Shown here in pieces: positions 1 to 13,300 of a stretch of 64,000 nucleotides of DNA. The notes under the pieces are model-generated. The model made no database searches. It was not told the origin of the DNA and saw nothing but the letters and a program-made list of their open reading frames with translations. Numbering within the stretch: the stretch's first letter is position 1; each line of letters opens with the position of its first letter. Position numbers and translations under genes: made by a program. Origin of the DNA: Welwitschia mirabilis (Eukaryota). The stretch is from assembly GCA_051453625.1 (NCBI GenBank), contig JBOZIK010000001.1:47327012-47391011 (forward strand). The letters are read 5' to 3'.

Positions 1-48
<48 letters not shown>

Positions 49-61
49 AAGAGAGAGAGAA
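1..61. repeat. (GA)n microsatellite
   Basis: Perfect GA dinucleotide run 1-45 plus a short imperfect continuation. Confidence 0.98.
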
Positions 62-80
62 AAGAAAAATAATGACCATA

Positions 81-289
81 AGCTATTATATTGTGCTTCA
101 AAGAAAAATACATGGTTACCATGATGTTCTACCACATCAAGATAAATATTTTCGAAAGGAACCTTTGGCAATGTTGGTAGCTATGAAAACTCCACTGGGG
201 GATTAATTGGCCATACTACATAAGTTCATACTCCTCTGATAGTGGTTGCACTCCTCTCATCATGGAAAAAAAAAAACTTCGAGATTAGG
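81..289 (+). repeat. ~200-bp non-coding module, copy 1
   Basis: Aligns by eye with 1027-1239 (GCTATTATAT..AAGAAAAATACATGGTYACCATGATGTTCTACCACA..AAAGGAACCTTTG..CTCCTCTGATAGTG..CTCATCATGGAAAAA) and more distantly with 21905-22070. Confidence 0.9.
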
Positions 290-1026
290 TNNNNNNNNNN
301 NNNNNNNNNNNNNNNNNNNNNNNNNNNNNNNNNNNNNNNNNNNNNNNNNNNNNNNNNNNNNNNNNNNNNNNNNNNNNNNNNNNNNNNNNNNNNNNNNNNN
401 NNNNNNNNNNNNNNNNNNNNNNNNNNNNNNNNNNNNNNNNNNNNNNNNNNNNNNNNNNNNNNNNNNNNNNNNNNAGATTTTTCATAAAAATTTGAACCTG
501 ATCAATTTGTCTTGTTATACAATACTAAAGTTCATCTTTTGACTAAAAGGTTTACCTCTAAATGGTTAGGTTCTTACCTTGTGAAGAAAGTGCATTTTAA
601 TATCTCAATTAAAATTTTAGATTTAGAGACTAAAGAGATTCAGAAGATTAATGGGTAACAGTTGAAATTATATGAATGATCTTTAGATACAATGACGAAC
701 ATGGTAGAAGCACTTGTTTTGGAGGTTTTTCTCGATGAGGATAACTTCCTTCCTATTATTAAATGAGTTCTTTCTTAGCCTCCTCTTTTCATTAATATTA
801 TTATGTTACTTGATCATCTTTCAAACTTAACTTATGTATTACTTTATAAAGTTTCATAACTAGTTTTATACTTGGACACTTGTAGGTGGTAAGATTGGAT
901 TCACTTAATCTTGAGATATTCCTATGTTTATAGACTTCATTTGAAGGAAGATGCCTTGGTTTCTTGTATTTTTTCCGATGGTTTTAAAGTATTTAATTAT
1001 TTGGGAGTGTTCTTTTCTATCTGATG

Positions 1027-1239
1027 AGCTATTATATTTTGTACTTTAAAGAAAAATACATGGTCACCATGATGTTCTACCACACTGAGGTAAATATTTC
1101 TAAAAGGAACCTTTGATAGTGTTTATAGTTGTGGGAACTCCAATGGGGGATCAGTTAGCCATGCTTCACGGGGCCCTACTCCTCTGATAGTGATTACACA
1201 TCCCTCATCATGGAAAAAGAAATAAACTTTGAGGTTAGG
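1027..1239 (+). repeat. ~200-bp non-coding module, copy 2
   Basis: Diverged direct repeat of 81-289, offset about 946 bp. Confidence 0.9.
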
Positions 1240-2867
1240 GATCAATGATATTCATGGTATCATCAGAGGCATTGCTTGTTTCCTAGACTCTTAGTATTTC
1301 TATTTGGTAATTGCACTTTTGAAGATTTAGGTGAGTTCATAAAGTGAGAGTAGGTGATTTCATTTTTAAGTAACTTATTGATTTTGACATTCATTGTTCT
1401 ATGCATTTGAAGCTTTGATTATCATCATAACCACTGCCTTTTCAAGTGAACTTTATGAAGTACATACATTTTGTCATGCATATTTACTTAGGTGATGTTA
1501 TGATGTTTTTTTTGGAAGTTTACTAGGTTAAAACTTAAGATAGGTAAACAATCTTCTTCTTGTTTCTTGTGTCCATTTCCACTCTACGTTTCTTTGATTT
1601 TTGAATTTAAGATTTCAAAGTCATTTCCACATTTTCTTATTGTTTTGTAGGACCTTAATCATTTAGTAGTTTTTTGCTATTCGATCATGTTTAATCATTT
1701 TTTCAAAAAGCATTTGAAAAACCTTAAAAGAACATCTTTTCATTTTTGAGTTTTTATGAGTTTCCTTATAGGTTATGGAGTTCTGAGTTTATCTTACTTT
1801 CATTTTCTATTTAGGCACATTCATGCAGTTTTTCTTGTAGGTTTCAACTTAGATAGTCTATTTTCTTTATCCATAGTATTTTCTTTCTTATGTGTTTATC
1901 CTTTTTTTTTTGGTTTTATTGAATTTTTGTGTAATTTTCTATCTTTCTGCATTTTTATTTTTAGAACTACTACTTAAACAATCATATTTTAACCTAATGT
2001 ATTTGGCTAACTTTTTTCTTCTAAAACTCTTTTTCATGTCCTGTCGTCCATGTGATCATCCAGACGATACTAGTCTAACGACAATCTAATTTTTTCTAAG
2101 TCATCTTAGGGCTATCATCTGGACAACGTGACTCGATGACATTGTGATAAAACCATGGTCCAAATCATTTTTCCTTGTTTTCTCTTATTTTCTTATTATT
2201 TTCATCATTCCTTTAAGAGATGATGACTCCTCTAGATAGTACCAACTTTCTGGAACTTGTCTCACTCAATTTCATTTCTAGATTCATGAGTTTTTACTAG
2301 ATTTGCAAAAATGAGGTATGTTTCTCTCCCCTCCTATTTTTCACTTTTTTCTCTCATTTTTTAGCCTTTTAACACATAGGTTTTATGTATCATTCATTTT
2401 TTTGCATTCTTCATGTTGGGACTTATAGATTTGAATTTCACTATGTATTGTTTGAGATATAAGCATTTTTGCATATCACAGGGTATTTTCATATTTTCAC
2501 CAAACTGTAGGTTAAAACATAGTAGTCCTTTAGGCAAAATTATTTAGTTTAATGTGTTTTACAACTTTGCTAGATTAGATTTTTCATTTGAGCACTTCAA
2601 ATTTTTACTTCATATGGGTCCCACTAAAAATACCGTTTTTACACTTTTCATAATTTTCTCCTTTTTTCTGTCATGTTTAGGTAATTTGGACTACATTGCA
2701 CCTTTAGGAGAGGGTAAGACATACTTTAAATATTTTTTCTAGTTTTTCATCAATTTCAAGGATCGTTATTATGCATCCATGCGATGTTTTTAACTTGTCT
2801 TTCTATTTTTCCATGATGATTTTTGTCTTTTTGATCGAGTAGGCCCTATACATATAGAGCTAGACAG

Positions 2868-4110
2868 GTTGAAATTAAGATTAAGGCTAAAAAGCAGGAG
2901 GTGAGTCCTTTGGTAAAGCTAGAAATTGAGCATGTAGAACCTACACATCCGTCACCTCGACACGGTCGTTCTTTGAGTATATAGACTACTAGTATTCATG
3001 TTGAGCAATATTTTAAAAACTTCATGAGCCATATAGAGCCCAAGGTAGATTAGAGACTGATAGACTTATAGCTCCATTAAATCATAGATGCACATGGATC
3101 TTATTATGTATCAGAGACGAGAGACTTCTATGATATCATTCACATAGAGAGGCAACCTGACACTCATGGTCAACTTCAGGACATGATCATTACCTTCATA
3201 TGAGATCGTGAGATATCCATACTCCCATCCCACATTACAATTATCACAGATCTTGGAGGGCTTGGGAGTATGCACATTTATTCAGCTGGTGGGACAGAGG
3301 AGCATCAATCCTATAATGCTATTTTAGATATACTAGTTGATTTGATGACTGATCGACGGGGGGTAAATGTTACCCAATAACCCTGCTTATAGAGTATTAC
3401 ATAGATGACTGATTCATAACATTATTTCATCATTTTATGACAGTCATGCCATGGTGGTGCACCTTCAAATTTTGGCAGCTTTTCAATAGGAGGAGCAGAT
3501 GAACTTGCCAACATTTATCTAGAGAAGATTCAGACCCATGATAGAGGCATGACACCTTTAAAGACTTAGTTATCCATGCTTCCTTTCAGCACTTTTTAGA
3601 TAGTTTGGGATACCTAGGCCCATGGATGGGCAGTGCATTTCACACATTTAAACATCTATTCCCTATCTACAGGATATGGATACATAGGTTCTAAGAGAGG
3701 TAGAGAGACCTTAGGTACAAAGACCTGTAGTTGGAAGTACTTTAGAGCAGATTCAAGCTCTCTTGACTAAGACCACCAAGACCATCAGAGGTTTTATGGA
3801 TAGAGGTATCTAAGCACTTGATCGTAGGATCTAAACTTTTGAGTAGACAGTTGAGTAGCGGATCCTATCCATTAAGAGAATAGTATAGCACATTAAGGAC
3901 TAGATGGTGGACATGCGCCAGCGTCTTATCTCCATTTAGTAAAGTGTGACTGTAGATATTCTTAAGGTGGTTCATGTCTAGGGTGAGGAGATAGCCAGAT
4001 CTATCTCCATATCCCTAGACATCTATTTCCCTGTGAATCTTGAGCATTCTCCTTCTTCTTCCCTTGCTTCTGAGCTAGTTGTTGAGCCCTAGTTCATCAT
4101 GCATAGAGAG
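2868..4110 (+). pseudogene. Degenerate Athila-type env-like/extra ORF (putative plant transposon protein domain)
   Basis: Manual translation through stops gives ...HGSYYVSETRDFYDII...MIITFI*DREISILPSHITIITDL...PAYRVLHR*LIHNII...MNLPTFI..., matching the xxEFY...TxVRGxxIxIxP...RLLHxxIxHNI pattern of these ORFs. A coiled-coil-like tail follows. Confidence 0.6.
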
Positions 4111-4639
4111 GGGAGTGATTTTGTATTATATTTTGTATCTTTCCTTTTATACTTTTTGTACTAAAATCTCTCTTTTGATATTATATAGACATATCATTTT
4201 TCTAGCATGGTGTATTTATTTTCTTTGATTTTGCATGATTATCTTTTGATTTCTTATAATGAGGATTTATTTATACTAAGGAAAATTTTCTATTCTTGAC
4301 TATTTATTTTAGTGGGGGGCTGTTTATTATGTTTGAGTAATTATCTATAAAAATAAAAATTCTATCACAGATTTCAGATTTTAAAACGTTTTACTAAGCC
4401 TGTTATCCCCTCCATCATCTAGACAATAACCCAGACAATCGACTCGTAAGCTCTTGGCAGGTGTTTTTTTAGTGTTTCTGATTTTCTAAAAATTTAGTTT
4501 GTATCTCTATAATTTCTACAAATCTTTTTGAGATAATTTCCTAAGGTATTTTAACTATTTTATTATCTAATAAGTTGGCTCATAAACATGGTTTATCACT
4601 TGGTTTTGTCAAGGACTGAAAAGGCTAAGTGGAGGACTA

Positions 4640-5870
4640 TGTTATGCTACCAACTTATGCATATTTGATAAGGTATTTTGAGTTGTTTTGTATATAAATA
4701 GATAGGTAAATGCTTGATTTCTGTGGTAATGAAGAGCTAGGATGAAAAGGATAAAAACATGTAAATCTCCATGATAATTTACAACATTCTAAACAAATCT
4801 AAATACTTTACATTTTTGAAGATAACTTCTTGTAAACATTAAGGCTAATGCAATAATTGAATAATTATCAAAATTCATCATCTACATCATTATCCAGATG
4901 AATGTATAGATGATCATACCAACTAGATGCTAACTGAAGTCTATCTGGCAGTTGATGTGGATTGATTATAAAGTGGCATCATCTCCTATGTCATCTAGAT
5001 GACTAGCCAGATAACACAGTTGTAACATCTGTACTGAACATTTACTAAACTTTTACCACTTGTATTCTCCATTTTTCCCTTATGTGGTCATTATGGTTTA
5101 CCCATGCCTTTCTATCTTTGTTATTGTATGTTTGAATCAATTAATAGAGTCTTACCCTCAACTCTTGCTTATCTTTATTTGCATCTAAAATTCTCATAAT
5201 AGGAGATTGAAGGGTCTAATATCCATCTTATAGTTCTAGAGAGATGTTTTCTTGGTGTTGGACTACGTTTCCTTCATTGAGGTATGGGTACTTTGTAATA
5301 TAGATGTTATTTAATTCTTAATACAAAACATTTCCTTTTATGCTTTCAATGTGTGATCATTTCTCATCCTCATAACTTATGTTGCTTCTGATTCAGTGAC
5401 AGTTTTTCTAGTGATATAGGTTATGAGAGCAACCTTTGTTAAGGTTGTGCTTGGTTAGTTTAGGTTAAGTGCATTATTGTTTCTTTTTCCTAGATTAGCT
5501 TTGCATGAGTGTATTTTATTTTACTTTCATGCATTACAAGTTATTTCTATAGATTAGGATGNNNNNNNNNNNNNNNNNNNNNNNNNNNNNNNNNNNNNNN
5601 NNNNNNNNNNNNNNNNNNNNNNNNNNNNNNNNNNNNNNNNNNNNNNNNNNNNNNNNNNNNNAGATTAGCTTTGCATGAGTGTATTTTATTTTACTTTCAT
5701 GCATTACAAGTTATTTCTATAGATTAGGATGCAAGTATTTCTCTTTCGAAAGCAACTCTCTTATTTCCTACTTTGGCATTTGACATATTATGACATTTGG
5801 ATTAACTCTCGTCTATATTAATGTGTTTTATTTATGCATTGTTATTTGTGATTAATAGGATTCTACTCAG
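4640..5870 (+). repeat. Putative 3' LTR (right end uncertain)
   Basis: Starts TGTTATG immediately after the PPT-like tract; non-coding; no partner LTR in the window. Confidence 0.45.
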
Positions 5871-5879
5871 GACATAAAC

Positions 5880-7830
5880 ATTGCATAAATATGCACCATA
5901 ATAGGGCAATAGATCATGGTTCTTATTCTTTTGTTTTATTTTCTATGGGATTTTGTTTTTCCTTAGGCTTATTTTATATGGGTGGATTTTCTAGTTCTTT
6001 CCTACTCCTAAGAATGTAGACTTAATTCCTTCTAAGTATTCCATACCTTTAGTAATCCTAACTTCTTCTGGATTTGATTGGATACTCATGAGGAGTTTCC
6101 CTATTTCCCTTTATTTTATTGATGAAAGGATGTAGATGGTGGTTTGTTAAAGATGATGTATGCTTTGTTGAAATCTTTGTTTATTTAAGCTTGGGATTTC
6201 ATGAACTTTTTGATGATTTTCTCCAACACATTAGATAAAGTCATTTAACAATTTAATAATAAATGGTAAGATTAGGAAGATGAGGGGAACAAGTTTTTAG
6301 GCTAATAATTGTATTGTAAGTTATTATCTTTCTTCCAAGAGAAATTGGGATGGTTTTGCCAACTTAGGTTGTAAATGTTTNNNNNNNNNNNNNNNNNNNN
6401 NNNNNNNNNNNNNNNNNNNNNNNNNNNNNNNNNNNNNNNNNNNNNNNNNNNNNNNNNNNNNNNNNNNNNNNNNNNNNNNNNNNNNNNNNNNNNNNNNNNN
6501 NNNNNNNNNNNNNNNNNNNNNNNNNNNNNNNNNNNNNNNNNNNNNNNNNNNNNNNNNNNNNNNNNNNNNNNNNNNNNNNNNNNNNNNNNNNNNNNNNNNN
6601 NNNNNNNNNNNNNNNNNNNNNNNNNNNNNNNNNNNNNNNNNNNNNNNNNNNNNNNNNNNNNNNNNNNNNNNNNNNNNNNNNNNNNNNNNNNNNNNNNNNN
6701 NNNNNNNNNNNNNNNNNNNNNNNNNNNNNNNNNNNNNNNNNNNNNNNNNNNNNNNNNNNNNNNNNNNNNNNNNNNNNNNNNNNNNNNNNNNNNNNNNNNN
6801 NNNNNNNNNNNNNNNNNNNNNNNNNNNNNNNNNNNNNNNNNNNNNNNNNNNNNNNNNNNNNNNNNNNNNNNNNNNNNNNNNNNNNNNNNNNNNNNNNNNN
6901 NNNNNNNNNNNNNNNNNNNNNNNNNNNNNNNNNNNNNNNNNNNNNNNNNNNNNNNNNNNNNNNNNNNNNNNNNNNNNNNNNNNNNNNNNNNNNNNNNNNN
7001 NNNNNNNNNNNNNNNNNNNNNNNNNNNNNNNNNNNNNNNNNNNNNNNNNNNNNNNNNNNNNNNNNNNNNNNNNNNNNNNNNNNNNNNNNNNNNNNNNNNN
7101 NNNNNNNNNNNNNNNNNNNNNNNNNNNNNNNNNNNNNNNNNNNNNNNNNNNNNNNNNNNNNNNNNNNNNNNNNNNNNNNNNNNNNNNNNNNNNNNNNNNN
7201 NNNNNNNNNNNTTCGTCTATTTTTATATTCCACTTAAAATTTTTTGGAATCTTAAAAACACTTATTAACCTAAGTAATGATGTGATCTTAAGGGTTTAAT
7301 AGGCTTTTTCCAATTTTTGAGCTCTTAGTTATACTTTCTAAGTACTCTTAAATCTTGTTTAGAGGCATGCTAAGAAAATTACCTTAGTTTATCATCTCAA
7401 CTAATTGGTGGTTATCAGTGGACAACCCATTGTAGAAGAAACTCATTTTTCTATTTGGCTTAAAACCAAGGTGGGGCTATTTTAATAGAATGTTTTTAAA
7501 TCCTTCTAAGATATAGGAGAAGGTCTCATGATCCTTCTATTGGAAATTCATGATTTCTTTTCTTAGGACATTTGTCTTATGATTGAAAAGAATTTGGAGA
7601 TGAAAGCTTTACTTAGGTTTTCCTAAGTTGCAATGGAAAGTATGGATCCTTAGACTCTAATTCACAGGAATGAAGCAAGAGTTGGATAGTGAAGGATTTG
7701 AATTCTAACCTTAATTAATGAATGGTGGTACTAAGCAAAAGTGTGTTCTTAGGCATTTTTGTTGGAGGTAATCAAAAAGGTTTACCTAGATTAGTTAGCA
7801 GCAGCAGTAAGTGTAGCTTACCATTTAGCC
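5880..7830 (-). pseudogene. Athila-type gag remnant (spans an N gap)
   Basis: Minus-strand translation through stops and frameshifts gives KTNVLRK..MNFQ*KDHETF...FKNILLK*PHLGF...FFYNGL...VEMIN*GNFL (7300-7600) and NIYNLSWQNHPNFSWK (about 6330-6380), matching the Athila gag motifs CPHHG, FYxGL and YNPGWRNHPNFSW. Confidence 0.85.
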
Positions 7831-10345
7831 GCTTCTTAGATAAAATAGTAGGTTATTAATGTATTGAGAANNNNNNNNNNNNNNNNNNNNNNCCATTGAA
7901 AGGGTCTTGAAAATTTAGTGGTCATTCAGGTTTTACTATAGTTATTGTGATGAAGCAATTTGTTAATTATTTTGGTTATTTTAGAAGGCTGAGGTTTAGT
8001 CTCTTTCAGAATCATCACAAGCTCAGTTTTTAGTCTTTTGCATTCTTTCATGATTAGTAAATGAATTCATGTTACTACAAATTAGTATTTCAGATTTTTC
8101 ACAAGTCCAATGCATATAAGAACAAGGTTTAAGCAAGTCATAGAAGGGTTTTTAAGTCAAATTTCATAGAGCCTATAAGTTGGAGAGGATTCTAGATTTT
8201 TATGGAATCTGTAGTAAAAAACACAGAATGTTCTGGGATAAAAGAATGATGACGCCAATAAGGGAAGGCAACAATAGTAATCAAGTTTCAAGTCACAGTT
8301 TCAGCAAAAATAAGGTGATTTACATAGTTATTTTAGATTTTTATATGTATTGAGGTTGTAGATAATTAAACTAAGATGGGACATGAATAAAATCAAGGCC
8401 AACATTATCAAAATTGTGAGAAAGATTTTTAGAGAATTTTAATGTTTTGAACAGTGAAAATGTAGGAACAAAATGTAGAAAAATACAAAAAATGTAGCAA
8501 AAAAAAAATCACATAATGTAACATAAAGTTGATTAAAAGTTTTTAACTCCAAAGGCAACCTGCAAACAAACATTAGACCTACATAAAATAAGTTANNNNN
8601 NNNNNNNNNNNNNNNNNNNNNNNNNNNNNNNNNNNNNNNNNNNNNNNNNNNNNNNNNNNNNNNNNNNNNNNNNNNNNNNNNNNNNNNNNNNNNNNAACTC
8701 CAAAGGCAACCTGCAAACAAACATTAGACCTACATAAAATAAGTTAGAAAATAATAAAAAACAAACTTTAAAACAAGCTAGATCCATTCAAGTAATACTC
8801 AAAGAACTAGTACCAACCATTGAAAAGAAAACTAAACATACAAAACAAAATAAAATGAACTAGTTCGGGTACCACTAAAAAAAGGACTAGTATCCCCCAA
8901 TTAAAAAATAAAAACTATGTATAAAACTTAAAAAAATAAAAACTAGTACTTCTCTGAGCTACTACCATGCCATTATTCCCAATAATGATGTTAAAATTTG
9001 ATTAATATAAATAACGAACAAGATTTAAAGCTAAGTTTGCACTTAGATATCATTCTTCCTAAGGGATAATATGGGTTTAGGTTTAAAATTCTACTAACTT
9101 AAACTTAATGTAAGTGACAATTTTATAGGAAAGAAAGAAGGAAAAGGAGTGATTTTAGAATTTTGTTTTAAAATTTGTTTTATGAAAAGAGGGAAGGAAA
9201 CTAGCTCCAAGTTATTATCGAGTCGTTCCTAGAAATCCTTCACTTCAATGTTGTTTAATTGTCTTTTTGTAAAATACTTAAAATCATTAAGTGCTTTTGG
9301 TTCAAATCATGGGGCATAATATCATCCACCATATGATAAATGAGGAATCTAATTAATATTTTAGCCTTAAAATAAGATAAAAAGTAAGAACTTCTAAAGT
9401 ACTTAAGATCTATGAAAGTAAAATACTTAGACTAATTGATTAAAAGGAATTTACACAACTAAAATAAACTTCATGATTAAAGTAGTTATCCAAGTATTCC
9501 GATTATAATTTCACTCATGAATTGAAATCAAAGAAAAATAACTTAATTTATTATAAAAAGAAATAACTTTATAGCAAAGAAAGAAGAAAGTAGAAGAAAT
9601 GCCTTAGTGATTCTTGAAGACTAGCTTACTCAAAAATTTGCTTAGAAAATCATTACAATTCAATGCTTGAAGGTTCTATAATTTCATAGACAAAGATGAT
9701 ATAATGAAGGGTTTATGACCCTTTTATAGTAAGATATGGGGAGAGGGATGGTTATAAGCCATTGGCTTATAACGTTAGGTGGATTCGTACATGATTATAT
9801 TAGGTAAGATAATTTTTCTTCTCTTCCATTTGGTGAAGATGCTTATGATGATGCCAACACTTAGCTTCAAAGTACTATAGCTACTGCCAACTATTAACTA
9901 TGTCATGTGTCTCCACCGTCATCTTAATTAGTCCTACAAATATCACTTTGCAAATCCTTATAATCACTACCACATGTTATTAAGAATGTAATTGATTTAT
10001 GATGTGGAATTAGCTCAAGTCCATAACTACATTTTATCCAATTTTTCATGACAAGACAAAATGTACGTTTGAAGGTAGTCTAGGTTAAAAGGTTAGTAGT
10101 GTTAGTGGTCTTAGATGAAGGCATTAAAATTTTAACTCTAATGATTATGATATTAAGGCATGTCCTTCAATTAAGCATAAGTTTCCTACAAATGTTATGG
10201 GACATAGTTAGGTGTAATTAATATGAAAATCAATATTAGACATGCTTTTATTGTGAAATTGATTACATTCATGTCTTCTATTAAGGTTAATTAGTCATTT
10301 AAACTTAACTGGAATGTCAATTTTTTCATGTCAACATTTAGCCTC
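5880..10345 (-). mobile_element. 5' part of an Athila-like gypsy element (5' LTR about 8999-10345, PBS, 5' UTR, gag)
   Basis: Decayed PBS TTCCCAATAATGATGTTA (8976-8993) differs from TCCCCGGCAACGGCGCCA (tRNA-Asp PBS, reverse complement) only by C>T/G>A changes. It is followed by AAATT-TGAT (LTR end at 8999). The 5' UTR at 8860-8915 resembles 61771-61830. Confidence 0.75.
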
Positions 10346-10349
10346 TAAG

Positions 10350-13300
10350 AAAAGAACTCTTTTCAACACCCTTTAATAATTACTTAAGTAGATAATACAC
10401 AAGCCCTCCACCTAAGGATCCAAGGCCCTTTATATGGAATTAGTTCTAATTTTAGTTCACTTCACCTAGGATTAAGAATAGCATAATCATTACAAAGACC
10501 ATTACAACCACAGNNNNNNNNNNNNNNNNNNNNNNNNNNNNNNNNNNNNNNNNNNNNNNNNNNNNNNNNNNNNNNNNNNNNNNNNNNNNNNNNNNNNNNN
10601 NNNNNNNNNNNNNNNNNNNNNNNNNNNNNNNNNNNNNNNNNNNNNNNNNNNNNNNNNNNNNNNNNNNNNNNNNNNNNNNNNNNNNNNNNNNNNNNNNNNN
10701 NNNNNNNNNNNNNNNNNNNNNNNNNNNNNNNNNNNNNNNNNNNNNNNNNNNNNNNNNNNNNNNNNNNNNNNNNNNNNNNNNNNNNNNNNNNNNNNNNNNN
10801 NNNNNNNNNNNNNNNNNNNNNNNNNNNNNNNNNNNNNNNNNNNNNNNNNNNNNNNNNNNNNNNNNNNNNNNNNNNNNNNNNNNNNNNNNNNNNNNNNNNN
10901 NNNNNNNNNNNNNNNNNNNNNNNNNNNNNNNNNNNNNNNNNNNNNNNNNNNNNNNNNNNNNNNNNNNNNNNNAGAATAGCATAATCATTACAAAGACCAT
11001 TACAACCAAAGATGATTATAATACATGACTGTCACAATAGCCATTAATGCAAAATTATTACAATAACTAGGAGTTACCATGAAAATTAGTAGGTGGGAAT
11101 TACAAAGACATTGTTTTTTAAATTTTCCATCACACCAATAATTCTTCCAATAATGATAAATTTGCTTCAAGACATGCACCGCCTTTAATAGTTAGTTTTA
11201 ACAAGAGACTACGCCACTACCTTAATAGTAATTTAAATGCTACATTCTTCCATAAGAACTAGATACTTTGACTATCATAGTATAATGTGTACTTTTTTTA
11301 ATTATATCCATGCTAATATAACATGTTCTTCAACCATAATATATCATTTTCTTCTTCATTAAGAGAAACATACTTAGCCTCTTTCATAGACAAAACCATA
11401 TGAGATTAAAATTAAGACATTAAGGTTATAACTTATTAACTAAGGATGAACACAAAGTTGATAACCACCAAGACAAAGTTGAGAATTAATAAGATAAAGT
11501 TTCAAACCACTAAGCATGATAAATAGTGCATTATACCTTTTAGGTATTATTTCTTCCAAGATTTCTCATGAATCATGATATTACTCCTAGTGCATAGGCA
11601 ATGTCTGATTTAGTATAGATTATTGCATACATTATACTTTGCACAATAGAAGTATAAGGAATAGATGACATATCATCAACTTCCTCTTTAGCTTGAACTC
11701 CATCTTTCTTTGATAATTGGAAGTATGATCCCAAGGGAGTACTTAAAGGAATACATTCCAACATGTTGAAACTTTTAGGAGTTTTCTAATATAATATTCT
11801 TATGATAACCATAAAAAACCATGTTTTTTGTCTCTAAGGATCTACATATCTAATATTTACTTGGTAGCTTCAAGATCCTTGATTGTAAAAGTCTTTAACA
11901 TATGCTATTTGAACTTCTCTATTTTAGTAGTGTCATTTCTAGCTACTAACATATCATAAACATATAACATCAATATTATAGATTTATCTTGATTAGATTT
12001 ATAAAGGTATACATAGTGATCAACTACACATTTGGATTACCCTTAATTGCTCATGAAATCATCAAATTTTTAATATGATTGTCAAGGTGCTTGCTTAAAC
12101 CATAAAGAGTTTTGCTCAATCTACATAGAACATCCTTTTTAATTTTCAAACTCTTAGGTATCCACATTTGGATCTCCTCCTCTAAATCTCCATGTAAAAA
12201 TGTAATTTTTATATCTAATTATTTCAATTGTAGATTGATACAAGCTAATATAGGGAAGAGGATAAAAATGGAGGAATACTTTACAATAGATGAAAATGTT
12301 TCATTGAAATCATTACCTAGCTATTGGGTAAATCATTTAATCATCAATATAGCTTTATACCACTTCTAGTTATCAAGATCGATCTTCAACACATACACCC
12401 ACCTATAACACAAAGATTTTTTAGCTTTTTGCAAAGGCATAAAGCCCCATGTGTTATTTTGATAATAGGACTTTAATTCATCCTCTATGAAAAATCTTCA
12501 CTCTTGAGAGTTTTTGGAAGTCATATCTTTTTTATATGAATCTGGTTCTCTACCATTTTTGTACATGATGTAATTATCATACTGTGACAATAGCTTTTTT
12601 AATCCTTATAGAATGTCTCAAATGAACTTCTTATGTAGGTTCTTCATCCTCTTGGAATTGTTCATCTTCATCACTATTAGATTCATCACTAGGTATAGAA
12701 GAATCTTCATTGAACTCAACATGATGCATTGATGACTGGTCATCACCAATTAGAATAGGCAGAAAATGTTCCTTTTGTGGTGTTTTTTTAGAATAAATGT
12801 TTAGATGTTTGTACATCACATCTTCCCTAAACATGATATTTCTTCTTCTAAAAAACTTCTTACCATCAAGATCCCATATAAGATAACCTTTGACATCACC
12901 ATCATGGCCAAAGAACAAACATAGTTATGCTCTATCATCTAATTTTCTTAGTCCTATCTTTTGAACATGAGTATAAATAATGCATCTAAGGGTTCTTATA
13001 TGCTCATAAGAGATTTTATCCTCACTCCAAATAATCTTTGAAATTCTTCCATTAAGAATTATACTAGGGCATCTATTAATCAAGTAGGTAGCAATTGTGG
13101 TAGCTTCATCCCAAAAGGTTTTAGATAAAATAGTGGTCTTCAACATGCTTCAAACACTTTTCAAGGTAGTTCTATTATATCTTTCTACCACAACATTCTA
13201 TTGAGGAGTACCAAGAACAATCCTCTAATGTTTTATATCAGCATTAATGTAATATTTCTTAAACTTGTTTAAACCATATTCACCTCCATTAACTATTAAC

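Larger units (their letters stand above)
62..5870 (+). mobile_element. 3' half of an Athila-like Ty3/gypsy LTR retrotransposon (3' spacer, env-like ORF, PPT, 3' LTR)
   Basis: Degenerate env-like ORF at 2868-4110, then a purine tract AAGTGGAGGACTA (4627-4639) directly followed by TG (4640), as expected for a PPT/LTR junction. Outer boundaries are approximate. Confidence 0.6.

Noticed and set aside
1148..1213. Possible C/D-box snoRNA or hammerhead ribozyme on the minus strand (ATGATGA...CTGA)
   Set aside because: The D box is not conserved in the other copies, and there is no CTGATGA..GAAA hammerhead core with supporting stems.
5492..5731. Exact 70-bp direct repeat flanking a 100-N gap (similar cases at 8545-8746 and 10474-11009)
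   Set aside because: Identical sequence on both sides of a gap is the signature of unmerged overlapping contig ends, not a biological repeat.
6364..7268. Long ORFs in the ORF track made of X residues (also 242-542, 10452-11009, 25087-26073 and others)
   Set aside because: Artefacts of N runs lacking stop codons.
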